Origin: Heptranchias perlo
Lineage: Eukaryota
DNA length: 64,000 nucleotides
Direction of reading: 5' to 3'
Assembly (NCBI RefSeq): GCF_035084215.1
Contig: NC_090358.1
Coordinates: 11,718,001-11,782,000, forward strand
In this document: piece by piece, positions 1-12,109 of the stretch
How positions within the stretch are numbered: the stretch's first letter is position 1
Layout: every line of letters starts with the position of its first letter
The notes under the pieces: model-generated
Told to the model about the DNA's origin: nothing
The model's database searches: none
The model's input: only the letters and a program-made list of their open reading frames with translations
Position numbers and translations under genes: made by a program

Positions 1-1330
1 TTAAAAGGTGAGGGAGTTGGAGAGAATTTCAGAGTGTAGGACCTGGAAGCTGAAGGCATGGGCCGCCAATGGTGGGGTGAAGGTGGGGAGGGGAGGGATA
101 TACAAGCTGGAGTCAGAGCACTGTTTAGGGTGGGAGCGGGGTGGTGTTGGGAAGAGATTATTGAGAAAGGGAAGGATGAGGTCATGGAGGGATTTAAACA
201 CAAGGATGAGAATTTTAATTTTTTTTTTGTGTTGGGGAACCACGAGCCAACATAGGTCAGCAAGAACGGGGGTGATGTATAAGCGGGACTTGGTGTGGAA
301 CAGGGTATGGGCAGTGGAGATTTGGATGAGCTGAAGTTAACGGACGGGAGGCTGGTCAAGAGAGCAATGAAGTGATCAAGTCTGGAGGTGTCTTGGTGAT
401 GGAGAGGATACAAGGTCACAAGCTCGGGGTCAAATAGGATGCCAAGATTGCGAACAGGCGCCGTCAACCTGAAACACTGGCCGAAGGAACAAGGAAGGAA
501 ACGGAGTTCGTAGTGGGGGCTGAGGACGATGGTTTCAATCTTCCCAATGTTTAGCTGGAGGAAACTGCTACTCATACAAGACTGGATGTTGGACAAGTAG
601 TCGGACAGCAAAGAGGCAGTGAAAATGTTGAGAGAAATGGTGAAGAGGCAGAGCTGGATATCATCCAAAGCACATGTGGAAGCCAACCCCATGTCTATTC
701 ACTAAGGGGCAGCATATAGATGCCCAAGAGGAGCGAGCCAAGCCTGGAACTTTTGAGGGATTCCTGAGGTGACTGAGAAGAGAAGCCATTACTACAGATG
801 TTCTGGCTATGATCGGTTCGTTAAAAGTGAGTCCAAGCAAGAGCAATTCCACCAAGCTGGACAGCAGAGGAAAGGTATTGAAGGCAAATGGTGTGGCCGA
901 ATGTGTCAAAGGCTGGAGAGAAGTTGAGGAGGAAGGAGAGATAATGCATCATTATCACAGATACAGTGAATGGCCTTAATGACTTTTGTTAGAATTGTTT
1001 CAGTGCTGTGGGAGGGACAAAAACTTGATTGGAGGGATTCAAATAGAGAATTGAGGGAGAGGTTGGCATGGATGTAGGAGGTGAGATGTTGAAGACTTTA
1101 GAGTGGAAAGGGAGGTTGGAGATGGAGTTGTAGATTGCAAGGGCATAAGGGTCAAAGATGGTGGTGGTGGGGGGGGGGGTGCGGGGGGAGAAATTAAAGG
1201 GAAGGGAAAAGTGCCTGAGGAGATGGAACCATTTACAATGTCAGCTAGCATGGGGGCCAGTTAGGAAGGTTGAGAGGTCAATAGTTTAGTGGAAATAGGA
1301 TTGAGGGAGCAATGGATGGGTCAGAGAATG
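1..1330 (-). mobile_element. Degraded L2-clade LINE fragments in CLPX intron 3
   Basis: Minus-strand ORF remnant 'KIKILILVFKSLHDLILPFLNNL' is typical of the L2 ORF2 C-terminus. Homologous to copies at 10.9-14.5 kb and 44.5-47.4 kb. Many stops; boundaries approximate. Confidence 0.75.
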
Positions 1331-1498
1331 AGAACTTCATGTTATTAGGATAAAAACCCTACAAACGGAAAGAAGATGTAACGTGGTGCTTCCAAATAGA
1401 TTAAACACCAATATGCCTTCTAGTGATAAAACCTTATTAATACCTGCATATAAGCTGATCAGTATCTCAAGACAAAGTTAGGTTTATATATTACTTAC

Positions 1499-1619
1499 AA
1501 ACAAAGGTCTCCACATGAGTGCATGGGTCACCACACTTTGGGCAGCGCAGCTGATTTCCACCTTTCCCGGAACCACCTGATCCTGATGATCGTTTGCTGC
1601 CCCCTTCACTGACAGACTT
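1499..1619 (-). CDS. CLPX: CLPX (mitochondrial ClpX AAA+ unfoldase) coding exon 3
   Basis: Flanked by tgcag| and |gtaagt. Translates [40 protein letters not shown](S), the start of the CLPX zinc-binding domain. In frame with exon 2. Confidence 0.95.
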
Positions 1620-1926
1620 CTGCAAACATTTTAGTAGGTCAATCTCACAGTGATCACAAAAGCGAGATTAAACATCGATCACTCCATTTGGAGAGTTTGG
1701 GCCAAGTTTACAGCAGTGACTGTTGCACAAGTTTCAAAATTTTATAAATTTGATTGTACAAAATAAGTATAATTTTTAAATGACAGCAACTAAACCACAG
1801 AAAAAGCCTAGACATAATATTCATAAGCAAGGTCTGTTCTATAGATACACATCAGATACATATCTACAGAACAGAAAATAGAATTTCATAATAAAGACAC
1901 ATTTCACAAATAACTCGGAAGTTTAC

Positions 1927-2087
1927 CTTACTGCCATCTCCAGAAGTTTCTTTAGTACCTCCATCTTTTGAAGCAAGTACCGTAATTGTCTCGCAAAATG
2001 CTCTGAAAGGAACTTTTCTTCCTCCCTGTGTTTCAAAACTCATCGAGTTTCCCAGGAATGGGAAATGGAGCCGTGTAGATGCAAACC
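1927..2087 (-). CDS. CLPX: CLPX coding exon 2 (161 nt)
   Basis: Flanked by tttcag| and |gtaaac. (G)FASTRLHFPFLGNSMSFETQGGRKVPFRAFCETITVLASKDGGTKETSGDGSK resembles the CLPX presequence region. Exons 1+2 = 240 nt, frame consistent. Confidence 0.92.
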
Positions 2088-3046
2088 CTGAAATAGAAAT
2101 GCAAATTCACTTGCAATGATTTTGTCATTTTTCATATTTCAGTGGTTTAAAAGTTGTTTCTTATTCCCATTTTGCCTTTTTCATAATAGATCATTTGTTA
2201 GGCACTATCTGACTTGTGTAAATAGAAAAATGGGCAGTCAACACCTCATGTGACATTGGAGTAATTATTGCACAAATTATGTTCCACATCTCCTACATCC
2301 CACTGATATCAAACGTACAGACTAATGCTGATTTCTTAAAGACAGGTAGATCGATAGTAAGTTTACCATGAATATGCGGCCTTATACAGAGAGTATTGTG
2401 CAATGACTGCAGCTTAACTGCACATGGTGCAAAGCTAACAGAAAGTTTGAGAACTAGTTCCAAAGAAGAGCTATCCTAACAGAAGTACAGATATGCAGAG
2501 CTCTGTTTTCCCTATTCATGAGCTGTATGAGCAGATATGTCCTTGGCTGCCTGCTTGTGGCCTCAAATCGCGTCCCTAATAATGCACCACTATGCAGCAT
2601 TAGTCACTTCAGAGCAAAAAATTCTTGTACACCTCACAGTAATGAGTTCCAAAACTCTATGGGCAACAGTATCAGAATTGGTCCTATCTTAAAGATATAC
2701 CAGTCAGTTCAAAGCTACAACTTAGTCTTGGAATTCAGATTTCATGAACCAGTTCAGCTGTGTTCTTAGTGTATCCAGTAGTGTTCTGTGCCTGATTACA
2801 GTCTTATAACTCATTTTCAATAAGGCGTTCAGCATGCAAATATAACAATATTCCTGCCTATTTCTACACTGCTCATTAGGTAGGGGCGGCTAGAAAAATG
2901 TGGGCTTGATTTTTCTCCTGGCATTGGCCAATCTCTTGCTAACCCATAGTAAAAGTATCTTTCATTTATTTTATTTCTTCATGGGAATTGAGCGATGCAG
3001 GCAAGGCTGCATTATTACCCATCCCTGGTTGTGCAAGGTGTCAGCT

Positions 3047-3463
3047 TGGCTCACTGGGAGTCAGAAGGTTGTGGGTTCGAGTCCCCTTACAAAGGCTTGA
3101 GCACACAATCCAGGCTAACACTTCAGTGTGGTATGAAGGAGCGCTGCACTGTCGGAGGTGCAGTCTTTCGGGTGAGACGTTACACCAAGGCCCCATCTGC
3201 CCTCCTGTGTGGAAGTAAAAGATCCCATTGCACTATTCAAAGGGCAGGGAAATTCTCTTCATAAAAACTTCTCTCTCAATCAACATCACTTAAAAACAGA
3301 TTATCTGGTCATTATCTCATTGCTGTGTGTGGGAGCTTGCTGTGCACAAAATGGCTGTCGCATTTCCCTAAATTACACTTCAAAAGTACTTCATTGGCTG
3401 TAAAGCGCTTTGGGACGTCCTGAGGTCATGAAAGGTGCTATATAAATGCAAGTTCTTTCTTTC
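3047..3463 (+). mobile_element. tRNA-derived Deu-domain SINE (SacSINE1/AmnSINE-like) with L2-type tail
   Basis: B-box-like GGTTCGAGTCCC; central 'cactgtcggaggtg..gtctttcg..tgagacgtta'; tail 'aaaggtgctatataaatgcaagttctttcttt'. Many copies in this window. Confidence 0.8.
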
Positions 3464-3464
3464 T

Positions 3465-4180
3465 TGCCCTGAGAAGTTAGTGGTGGGCCTTCTCCTGGAA
3501 CCACTGCAGTCCTTGAGATGATGGTACTCCCACAATGGTGTTAGACAGCAAATTCCAGGATACTGACCCAGTGACAATGAAGAAATGGCGATGTATGTCC
3601 AAGTCAGAATGGTATATTGCTTGGAGAGGAACTTGGAGGTGATGGCGTTCCCACAACATTGTTGTTCTTGTTGTTCTTGGTGGCAGAGGTCACCGGGGTG
3701 GGTGAGACTGTCAAAGTAGCCTTGGCGAATTGCTGCAGTGCTTCCTGTAGACTGTACATGTACATACTGCCGCAACAGAGTACCATTGGCGGATACGGAG
3801 TCCAGTGGCAGGGCCACAGTCAAGTAAACTTTGTGTCCTGGATGGTATTCAGCTTCTTGAGTGTTGTTGCGGCTGCTCCCATCATGGCAAGTGGTGGATA
3901 TTCCTGACTTGAATACCTGACCTAACTTGAATACACTCCTGACTTGAGCCTTGTAGATGGTGGAGAGGCTTTGAGGGGTCAGGAGGTGAGCAACTTGACA
4001 CAGAGTACCCAGCCTCTATCCTGCTCTTGTAGTCACAGTGTTGATTTGGCTATTCCAGTTCATCTTCTGGTCAGTGGTGACCCCAGGATGTTGATGGCAG
4101 AGAACTCAGCAATGGTGGTGCCATTAAAAGGTCAAGGAGTGGTAGCGAGACGTTCTCTTGTTCAAGATGGTCATTACCTG
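3465..4180 (-). mobile_element. Degraded CR1-group (Zenon-like) LINE 3' fragment
   Basis: Homologous (reverse complement) to 5867-6590; frameshifted ORF remnants. Confidence 0.75.
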
Positions 4181-4403
4181 GCTCTTATTTACTTGCGATC
4201 ACAATAACCACAAGGTAATTATGGATGAGGAAGGCCATTCAGCCCATTTGATTCATCCATCCAGAGAAATCCAAATGCCTCTCCCATTGTAGCATCCAAC
4301 GGTCTCTTAAATGATTCCAGGGTTTTTGCTTCTGCTACTCTATATGGAAATTTATTCCTGCATGAAGAAAAATTTCCTGACATCTATCCTAAAGATACGC
4401 ATC

Positions 4404-6647
4404 TCTAGGCAGTGTCCTAGGTCCAACCATCTTCAGCTGCTTCATCAATGACCTTCCCTCCATCATAAGGTCAGAAATGGGGATGTTCGCTGATGACTGC
4501 ACAGTGTTCAGTTCCATTCGCAACCCCTCAGATAATGAAGCAGTCCGAGCCCGCATGCAGCAAGACCTGGACAACATCCAGGCTTGGGCTCATAAGTGGC
4601 AAGTAACATTCATAGAGTCATAGAGAGTTATACAGCACGGATAGAGGCCCTTTGGCCCATCGTGTCCGCGCCGGCCATCAGCCCTGTCTACTCTAATCCC
4701 ATATTCCAGCATTTGGTCCGTAGCCTTGTATGCTATGGCATTTCAAGTGCTCATCCAAATGCTTCTTGAATGTTGTGAGGGTTCCTGCCTCCACAACCCT
4801 TTCAGACAGTGAGTTCCAGACTCCAACCACCCGCTGGGTGAAAAAGTTCTTTCTCAAATCCCCTCTAAACCTCCCGCCTTTTACCTTGAATCTATGTCCC
4901 CTTGTTATAGAACCCTCAACGAAGGGAAAAAGCTCCTTAGTATCCATCCTATCTGTGCCCCTCATAATTTTGTACACCTCAATCATGTCCCCCCTCAGCC
5001 TCCTCTGCTCCAAGGAGAACAAACCCAATCTTCCCAGTCTCTCTTCATAGCTGAAGCGCTCCAGCCCTGGTAACATCCTGGTGAATCTCCTCTGCACCCT
5101 CTCCAAAGCGATCACATCCTTCCTGTAGTGTGGCGACCAGAACTGCACACAGTACTCCTGCTGTGGCCTAACCAGTGTTTTATACAGCTCCATCATAACC
5201 TCCTTGCTCTTATATTCTATGCCTCGGCTAATAAAGGCAAGTATCCCATATGCCTTCTTTACCACCTTATCTACCTGTTCCGCCGCCTTCAGGGATCTGT
5301 GAACTTGCACACCAAGATCCCTCTGACCCTCTGTCTTGCCTAGGGTCCTCCCATTCATTGTGTATTCCCTTGCCTTGTTAGTCACTCCAAAGTGCATCAC
5401 CTCGCACTTTTCCGGGTTAAATTCCATTTGCCACTGTTCCGCCCATCTGACCAACCCATCTATATCGTCCTGCAGACTGAGGCTATCCTCCTCGCTATTT
5501 ACCACCCTACCAATCTTTGTATCATCAGCGAACTTACTGATCATACCTTTTACATTCATATCCAAGTCATTAATGTAGACCACAAACAGCAAGGGACCCA
5601 GCACCGATCCCTGTGGTACCCCACTGGCCACAGGCTTCCAGTCACAAAAACAACCTTCGACCATCACCCTCTGCCTTCTGCCACTAAGCCAGTTTTGTAT
5701 CCAAAGTGCCAAGGCACCCTGGATTCCATGGGCTCGTACCTTCTTGACCAGTCTCCTGTGGGGGACTTTATCGAAGGCCTTACTGAAATCCATGTATACC
5801 ACATCCACTGCGTTACCCTCATCCACACGCCTAGTCACCCCCTCAAAAAATTCAATCAATCAATTCGCGCCAGATAAGTGCCAGGCAATGACCATCTCCA
5901 ACAAGAGAGAGTCTAACCACCTCCCCTTGACATTCAACGGCATTACCATCGCCGAATCCCCCACCATCAACATCCTGGGGGTCACCATTGACCAGAAACT
6001 GAACTGGACCAGCCATATAAATACTGTGGCTACGAGAGCAGGTCAGAGGCTGGGTATTCTGCGGCGAGTGACTCACCTCCTGACTCCCCAAAGCCTTTCC
6101 ACCATCTACAAGGCACAAGTCAGGAGTGTGATGGAATACTCTCCACTTGCCTGGATGAGTGCAGCTCCAACAACACTCAAGAAGCTCGACACCATCCAAG
6201 ATAAAGCAGCCCGCTTGATTGGCACCCCATCCACCACCCTAAACATTCACTCCCTTCACCACCGGCGCACTGTGGCTGCAGTGTGCACCATCCACAGGAT
6301 GCACTGCAGCAACTCGCCAAGGCTTCTTCGACAGCACCTCCCAAACCCGCGACCTCGACCACCTAGAAGGACAAGAGCAGCAGGCGCATGGGAACAACAC
6401 CACCTGCACGTTCCCCTCCAAGTCACACACCATCCCGACTTGGAAATATATCGCCGTTCCTTCATTGTCGCTGGGTCAAAATCCTGGAACTCCCTTCCTA
6501 ACAGCACTGTGGGAGAACCGTCACCACACGGACTGCAGCAGTTCAAGGCGGCGGCTCACCACCACCTTCTCGAGGGCAATTAGGGATGGGCAATAAATGC
6601 TGGCCTCGCCAGCGACGCCCCCATCCCGTGAACGAATAAAAAAAAAA
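4404..6647 (+). mobile_element. 5'-truncated CR1-group (Zenon-like) LINE with A tail, interrupted by a CR1 insertion
   Basis: 4408-4611 encodes GSVLGPTIF...MFADD...WQVTF and resumes in frame at 5867 (APDKCQAMTIS...) to a stop at 6583. 3' UTR ends AATAAAAAAAAAA at about 6635-6647. Confidence 0.88.
4612..5862 (-). mobile_element. Young 5'-truncated CR1 LINE with uninterrupted RT/C-terminal ORF2 (4693-5859)
   Basis: 388-aa ORF with DFSKAFDKVPH, GVPQGSVLGP and KFADD RT motifs; 3' tail 'ctctatgactctat'; ATTC at both junctions. Confidence 0.93.
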
Positions 6648-7289
6648 GGATGGCATGAATGTTACCTTCAGAACCCTACTCCATTTCTCATCTTCAATGA
6701 ACAGAGAGATATCAAAAGTGACCGTTTTCTTTGCTGATAACACCAGCCTCCCAATTTGCAAGACAAGTGGCACCGAGGTCAATGGAGGCAAATAAAGAAC
6801 TGAATAGCATGCAGGTAAATAGTGTCCCACGTTCAGTGTTGAGAAGACCAAGTCAATAACTGTTGACAAAGATTGGCATTTATTGCCTACCCACACTATT
6901 TTCAGACTTTACTCATCAGACTTTTGATTTTGTTGTTACAAGCATTAAAAATGAAACAAATGTTGGATCTATTTTATATTTACGTGCTCAACTCAGAATA
7001 CCGTGGAGACTTGGTTGGTATGTTGGTAGCTGGTGTAGGATCCCTGTAGTCTATGGACATTTCACAGGCTGTAGGTTTTGTTAATAAGATGCTGAGGTTG
7101 CAAACAGTCACTTTAACCTGAGACACTGGCTGAGGAGGGGGTTGGAATCAGTGGTGGGGATACGGAGTTTGTGGCTGGGGCCAAAGACAATGGGTTCAGT
7201 CTTCCCAATGTTTAACTGGAGGAAATTGTGATTCATCCAGGTCTGGATGTCAGTTAAGCAGGCTGACAACACAGACAATAAATGCCTTC

Positions 7290-9040
7290 AGAGATAGAAT
7301 CAGTGAAAGTTACGGCACAGAAGGAGGCCATTTGGCTCATTGTGTCCGTGCCTGCCAAAAAAGAGCTATCCAGCTTAATCCCACTTTCCAGCACTTGGTC
7401 CGTAGCCCTGTAGGTTACGGCACTTCAAGTGCACACCCAAGTACTTTTTAAATGAGTTGAGGGTTTCTGCCTCTACCACCCTTTCAGGCAGTGAGTTCCA
7501 GACCCCCACCACCCTCTGGGTGAAAAAAATTCTCCTTAGCTCCTGTCTAATCCTTCTACCAATTACTTTAAATTTATGCCCCCTGGTCACTGACCCCCCT
7601 GCTAAGGGAAATAGGGCCTCCCTATACACTCCATCTAGTCCCGTCATAATTTGATATACCTCAATTAAATCTCTCCTCAGCCTCCTTTGTTCCAAAAACC
7701 CCCCCCAGTCTATCCAGTCTTTTCTCGAAGCTAAAATTCTCCAGCCCTGGCAACATCCTTGTAAATCTCCTCTGTACCCTCTCTAGTGAAATCACATCTT
7801 TCCTGTAATGTGGTGACCAGAACTGTACACAGTACTCAAGCTGTGGCCTAACCAATGTTTTATACAGTTCTAGCAAAACCTCCCTGCTCTTATATTCTAT
7901 GCCTCGGCTAATAAAGGAAAGTATCCCATATGCCTTTTTAATCACCTTATCTACCTGTGCTGCTACCTTCAAGGTCCCTTTGTTCCTCTACATCTCTCAG
8001 TAGCCTTCCATTTATTGTGTACTCCCTTGTCTTGTTTGCCCTCCCCAAATGCATCACCTCACACTTCTCTGGATTGAATTCCATTTGCCACTTTTCTGCC
8101 CACCTGACCAGTCCATTGATATCTTCCAGCAGTCTACAGCTTTCCTCCTCACTATCAACCACACGGCCAATTTTTGTATGATCTGCAAACTTCTTGATCA
8201 AGTCCCCCAACATTGAAGTCCAAATCATTAATATACACCACAAAAAGGGACCTAGTACTGAGCGTGGCTGCACCCGACTGGAAACAGCCTTCCAGTCGCA
8301 AAAACACCTGTCAACCATTACCCTTTGCTTCCTGCCAATGAGCCAATTTTGGATCCAACTTGCCACTTTCCCTTGGATCCCATGGGCTTTTACTTTTTTG
8401 ACTAGTTTACCATGTGGGACCTTGTCAAAAGTCTTGCTAAAATCCATGTAGACTACATCAAATATGTTACCCTTCGACCCTCCTTGTTACCTGCTCAAAA
8501 AATTCAATCAAGTTGGTCAGACATGACCTTCCCTTAACAAATCCATGCTGACTGCCATTGATTAACTTGTGCCTTTCTAAATGACGATTTATGCTGTCCC
8601 TCAGAATCGGTTCCAATAATTTGCGCACCACCAAGGTTAGACTGACTGGCCTATAATTACTCGGTCTATCTCTTTCTCCATTTTTAAACAATGGTACAAT
8701 GTTAGAAGTCCTCCAATCCTCCGGCACCACACCTGTAGCCAGGGAGGATTGGAAAATGATGGTCAGAGCCTCCGCTATTTCCTCCCTTGCTTCTCTTAGC
8801 AGCCTGGGATACATTTCATCCAGGCCTGGTGATTTATCTACTTTCAAAGATGCTAAACCCCTTAATACTTCCTCTCTCACTAATGTTTATCCCATCCAAT
8901 ATTTCACACTCCTCCTCCTTCACTACAAAAGAGAGAGACGATGTAGAGATTGTAAAGGCAGATACAAAGTATTCATTAAGAGCCATACCCACATCTTCCG
9001 CCTCCACACATAGATTACCTTTTTAGTCTCCAATAGGCCC
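7290..9040 (-). mobile_element. Frameshifted CR1 LINE ORF2 fragment (~1.7 kb)
   Basis: Consecutive minus ORFs 8467-8880, 7947-8447, 7661-7972 and 7375-7695 carry RT motifs (DKSPG, NYRPVSLT, KFAD). It follows an L2 fragment at about 7085-7275. Confidence 0.9.
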
Positions 9041-9257
9041 AAAATAGATGCCAAAAAAAGAATTTGGAAATCTTGAGCAAACTTTGTCACCATGAAAACT
9101 CATAACAGATCACTACTGCATCACATATGCGTGACATAATAATACATTATGTAATTGCATTGTTCATCTAAAAACAAAAAGTTTGCCAGACACTTGTCCT
9201 TCAAAACCAGCAGCTTTCAATAAATCAGTACAAAGGAGTCCTGGGGGACAAAAAAAA

Positions 9258-9670
9258 GGAAGACTTGCATTTATGTAATGCATTTTATGACCTCAGGACA
9301 TATAAATGCACTTGACAGCCAATGAACTATCTTTGAAGTACAGTCACTGCTGTAACACAGGAAATACAGCAGTCAATTTGCACACTGCAAGTTCCCACAA
9401 ACAGAAATGAAATAAATGACCAGATCATCTGTTTTTGATGTTGGTTGAGGGATAAATATTGGCCAGGACACTAAGAACTCCCCTGCTCTGTGCCTTGGGA
9501 TCTTTTACCTCCACCTGAGAGGGCAGACAGGGCTTCTGTTTAACCTCATCCAAAAGACAGCACCTCTGACACTGCAGCACTCCCTCAGTACTGTACTGAA
9601 GTGTCAGCCTAGAACACGTCTTGAATGCACAACCTACTGACTCAGAGGCGAGTCACTGCAACTGAGTCAC
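9258..9670 (-). mobile_element. Deu-domain SINE
   Basis: Reverse-complement homology to 3047-3463. Confidence 0.8.
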
Positions 9671-9806
9671 AACTATACCAAGATTATTTCCCATCAAAAC
9701 ACTGATTGTGTTGCAACTGCGAGTCTCGCCGCAAGGTAAATGGATTAATTGCGTTCCTTTCTATTGAAGATAAGACCCGCTCAGTTATACCCACCCCAGC
9801 TCTTAC

Positions 9807-9885
9807 CCAGCCCGGAGGTGGTTATGGATGATCGGAGGAGACGTGCTGCCGACGAGCAGGTGCACATCACCACGATGCAGGACAT
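9807..9885 (-). CDS. CLPX: CLPX coding exon 1 (mitochondrial targeting peptide start)
   Basis: ATG at 9885-9883. MSCIVVMCTCSSAARLLRSSITTSGL(G)|gtaaga; 79 nt, phase 1 matching exon 2; lies in a CpG-rich region. Confidence 0.9.
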
Positions 9886-10420
9886 TTTTTTCCCCCCAGC
9901 GCTTCTCTCTCTTCTTCTTCTTCTTCTTCCTCACAGCCGAGGCCCAAGCGTCTTCCCACAGGCTTCGCAAGGCCGGAATCCCGTCAAATCACCCCCCCCG
10001 GCCCCCAACGACACTCCGTGGGAGAGGGGGTGGGGGAAAAAAAAAAAGAGAACGGTGGCGAAAAGTTGCGGGACCAGGATTCAGACTGAACGATCGGGAT
10101 CAGGAACCAAAAAAAAAATTAAATAAAAAAAAAACTTCCAACAAACAGATCAACGACAAAAAAAAAAGGCTCAAGATCCACTCCAGCGCGGCCCAGCGTC
10201 GCTAACGCACAGTTGCAGCCACCGGAAGGAATCACTTCTGGGTCAGAACTTCCTGTTTGTGCACTTGGGCCGTTAGGGAGGAGAAGGCTGGCGCGCGCCC
10301 TGCAGGCGACATGGTGGATGGGCAAATGGTGGAAATGATAGCCAGACACATCGGGAACCCACCCAGTCACACACCGCTGGGTTTCCTATTTGCAGGGATA
10401 CGTCGAACTAGGTACATTTT
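9886..10420 (-). promoter_or_regulatory. CLPX 5' UTR / CpG-rich promoter with clustered ETS (GABPA-like) motifs
   Basis: CpG-rich. ACCGGAAG 10221-10228, CACTTCTGG 10233-10241, ACTTCCTGT 10248-10256. TSS not determinable from sequence. Confidence 0.6.
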
Positions 10421-10919
10421 AAAAACAAAAACAAAAAAAAATTTTTTTTTTTTTACAAACGAGGTGAAGGCTGGGGATTGTGAGATTCGAGGAGCCAAGC
10501 AACTCGCATCCAACTAAACAAGTTTTTTTTTTCAAACTTTAATGTACTCTGCGAGTATTGATACGCTCTCATTGAGTCTTCGGCCACCTGTCGGCATTGA
10601 TACCACATTAACTAAATGAATTAACTGCCACATTTTTTAAAAAATTGGGATAGACCCTAGAGTTTTATATTAACCGTTGGCTATTAATAACGCGGCCCCC
10701 TGCATCATCGGTCCTGTCACAAAGACTGTTGACACCGCAGTGACCCCCGCCTCCCTTGAGGTTAAGGCCAGAAACCGTAATTGTCACCTTTTATTAATAA
10801 TGTCCTCCTTCTGGGGAGTTGTTTGTAGCTGTTCTGGTATCATTGGGTGCCAACCTGTGGAGCCAGAACAAAACAGGGCATAATCCCAGGGAGCCCTGTT
10901 TAACTTTGAAATACAGCAT

Positions 10920-11947
10920 CAGCTGCCCACTCCTGTAAGGTTACCTCTGCAGTCCCCCCCTCCAAGGATCTATCCTTGGCTCCCTTCTGTTTTCTCATCT
11001 ACAGGCTGCCCCTCCACGACATCATCCGAAAACACGTAGTCAGGTTCCAAATGTACATTGACGACACGCAACTCTACCTCCACCACCTGTCTCGAACCCT
11101 GCACTGCCTTTGTGTTGTCAGGCTGCTTGTCCAACATCCAGTACCAGATGAGCAGAAATTTACTCCAATTAAACATTGGGAAGACCAAAGCCATTGTCTT
11201 CACTCCCTGCCCCCTCCCACCCCGCCACAAACTCTGTTCTCTACTACTGATTCCATCCCCTTCCCTGGCCATTGTCTCAGGCTGAACCAGACTGTTTGCA
11301 ACCTCAGCGTCCTATTTGACCCCGAGCTCAGCTTCTGACCCCATATCCTCTCCATCACTAAGACCAACCACTTCCACCTCCGTAATGTCACCTGTCTCCA
11401 CCCCTGCCTCTGCCCATCTGCTGCTGAAACCCTCATCCATGCTTTTGTTACCTCCAGATTAAACTATTGATATGCTGTCCTGGCCAGCCTCCATCTTCCA
11501 CCCTCCATAAACTTAAGCTCATCCAAAACTCCACTGCCTGTATCCTAACTCGCACCAAATCCCATTCACCCATCACCCCTGTGCTCGCTGACCTCCATTA
11601 GCTCCCAGTCCAGAAAATTTAAAATTCTCATCCTTGTGTTCAAATTCCTCCATGGTCTCACCCCTCCCCTCTTTAACTTCCTGCAACCCTCCAAGAACGC
11701 TACGTTCCTCCAATTATGGCCTCTTGTGCATCTCTGACTTCCTTCGCCTCACCATTGGTGGTTGTGCCTTCAGTCATTTGGCCCTAAGTTCTGGAATTGC
11801 CTCCATAGACCTCTCCGCCTCTCCTCCTTTAAGATGCTCCTTGAAACCTATGTTTTGACCAAGCTTTTGACCAACCTGTCCTTATGTCTCTTTCTTCGGC
11901 TCGTGTCAATATTGTTTTGTCTGATTAGGTTCCTGCGAAGTGCCTAG
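10920..11947 (+). mobile_element. L2 LINE ORF2 3' fragment
   Basis: 'FQMYIDDTQLY' (YADD-derived) and 'LQLNIGKTKAIVF'; L2-type 3' region. Confidence 0.85.
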
Positions 11948-12095
11948 GACACCGGGAGAAGTCCCCTGCTCGTCTTCAAAATAATGCCATGGGATCTTTT
12001 ACGTCCACCTGAGAGGGCAGGCGGATCCTCGGTTTAGTGTCTCATCCGAAAAATGACACCTCTAACAGTGCAGCACTCCCTCAGTACTGCACTGG
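11948..12095 (-). mobile_element. Deu-domain SINE fragment
   Basis: 'gccatgggatcttttacgtccacctgagagggcag...gcagcactccctcagtactgcactg' matches the other SINE copies. Confidence 0.7.
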
Positions 12096-12109
12096 AGCGG
12101 AGAGTTCAA

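Noticed and set aside
3047-3110. tRNA gene
   Set aside because: Only a B-box-like SINE head; no cloverleaf.
5744-6583. 279-aa ORF as a novel gene
   Set aside because: Chimera of antisense CR1 (first ~40 codons) and the host LINE ORF2 C-terminus.
9749-10517. Plus-strand ORFs over the CLPX promoter
   Set aside because: Low-complexity GC-rich and A-run translations antisense to exon 1 and the UTR; no recognisable protein.
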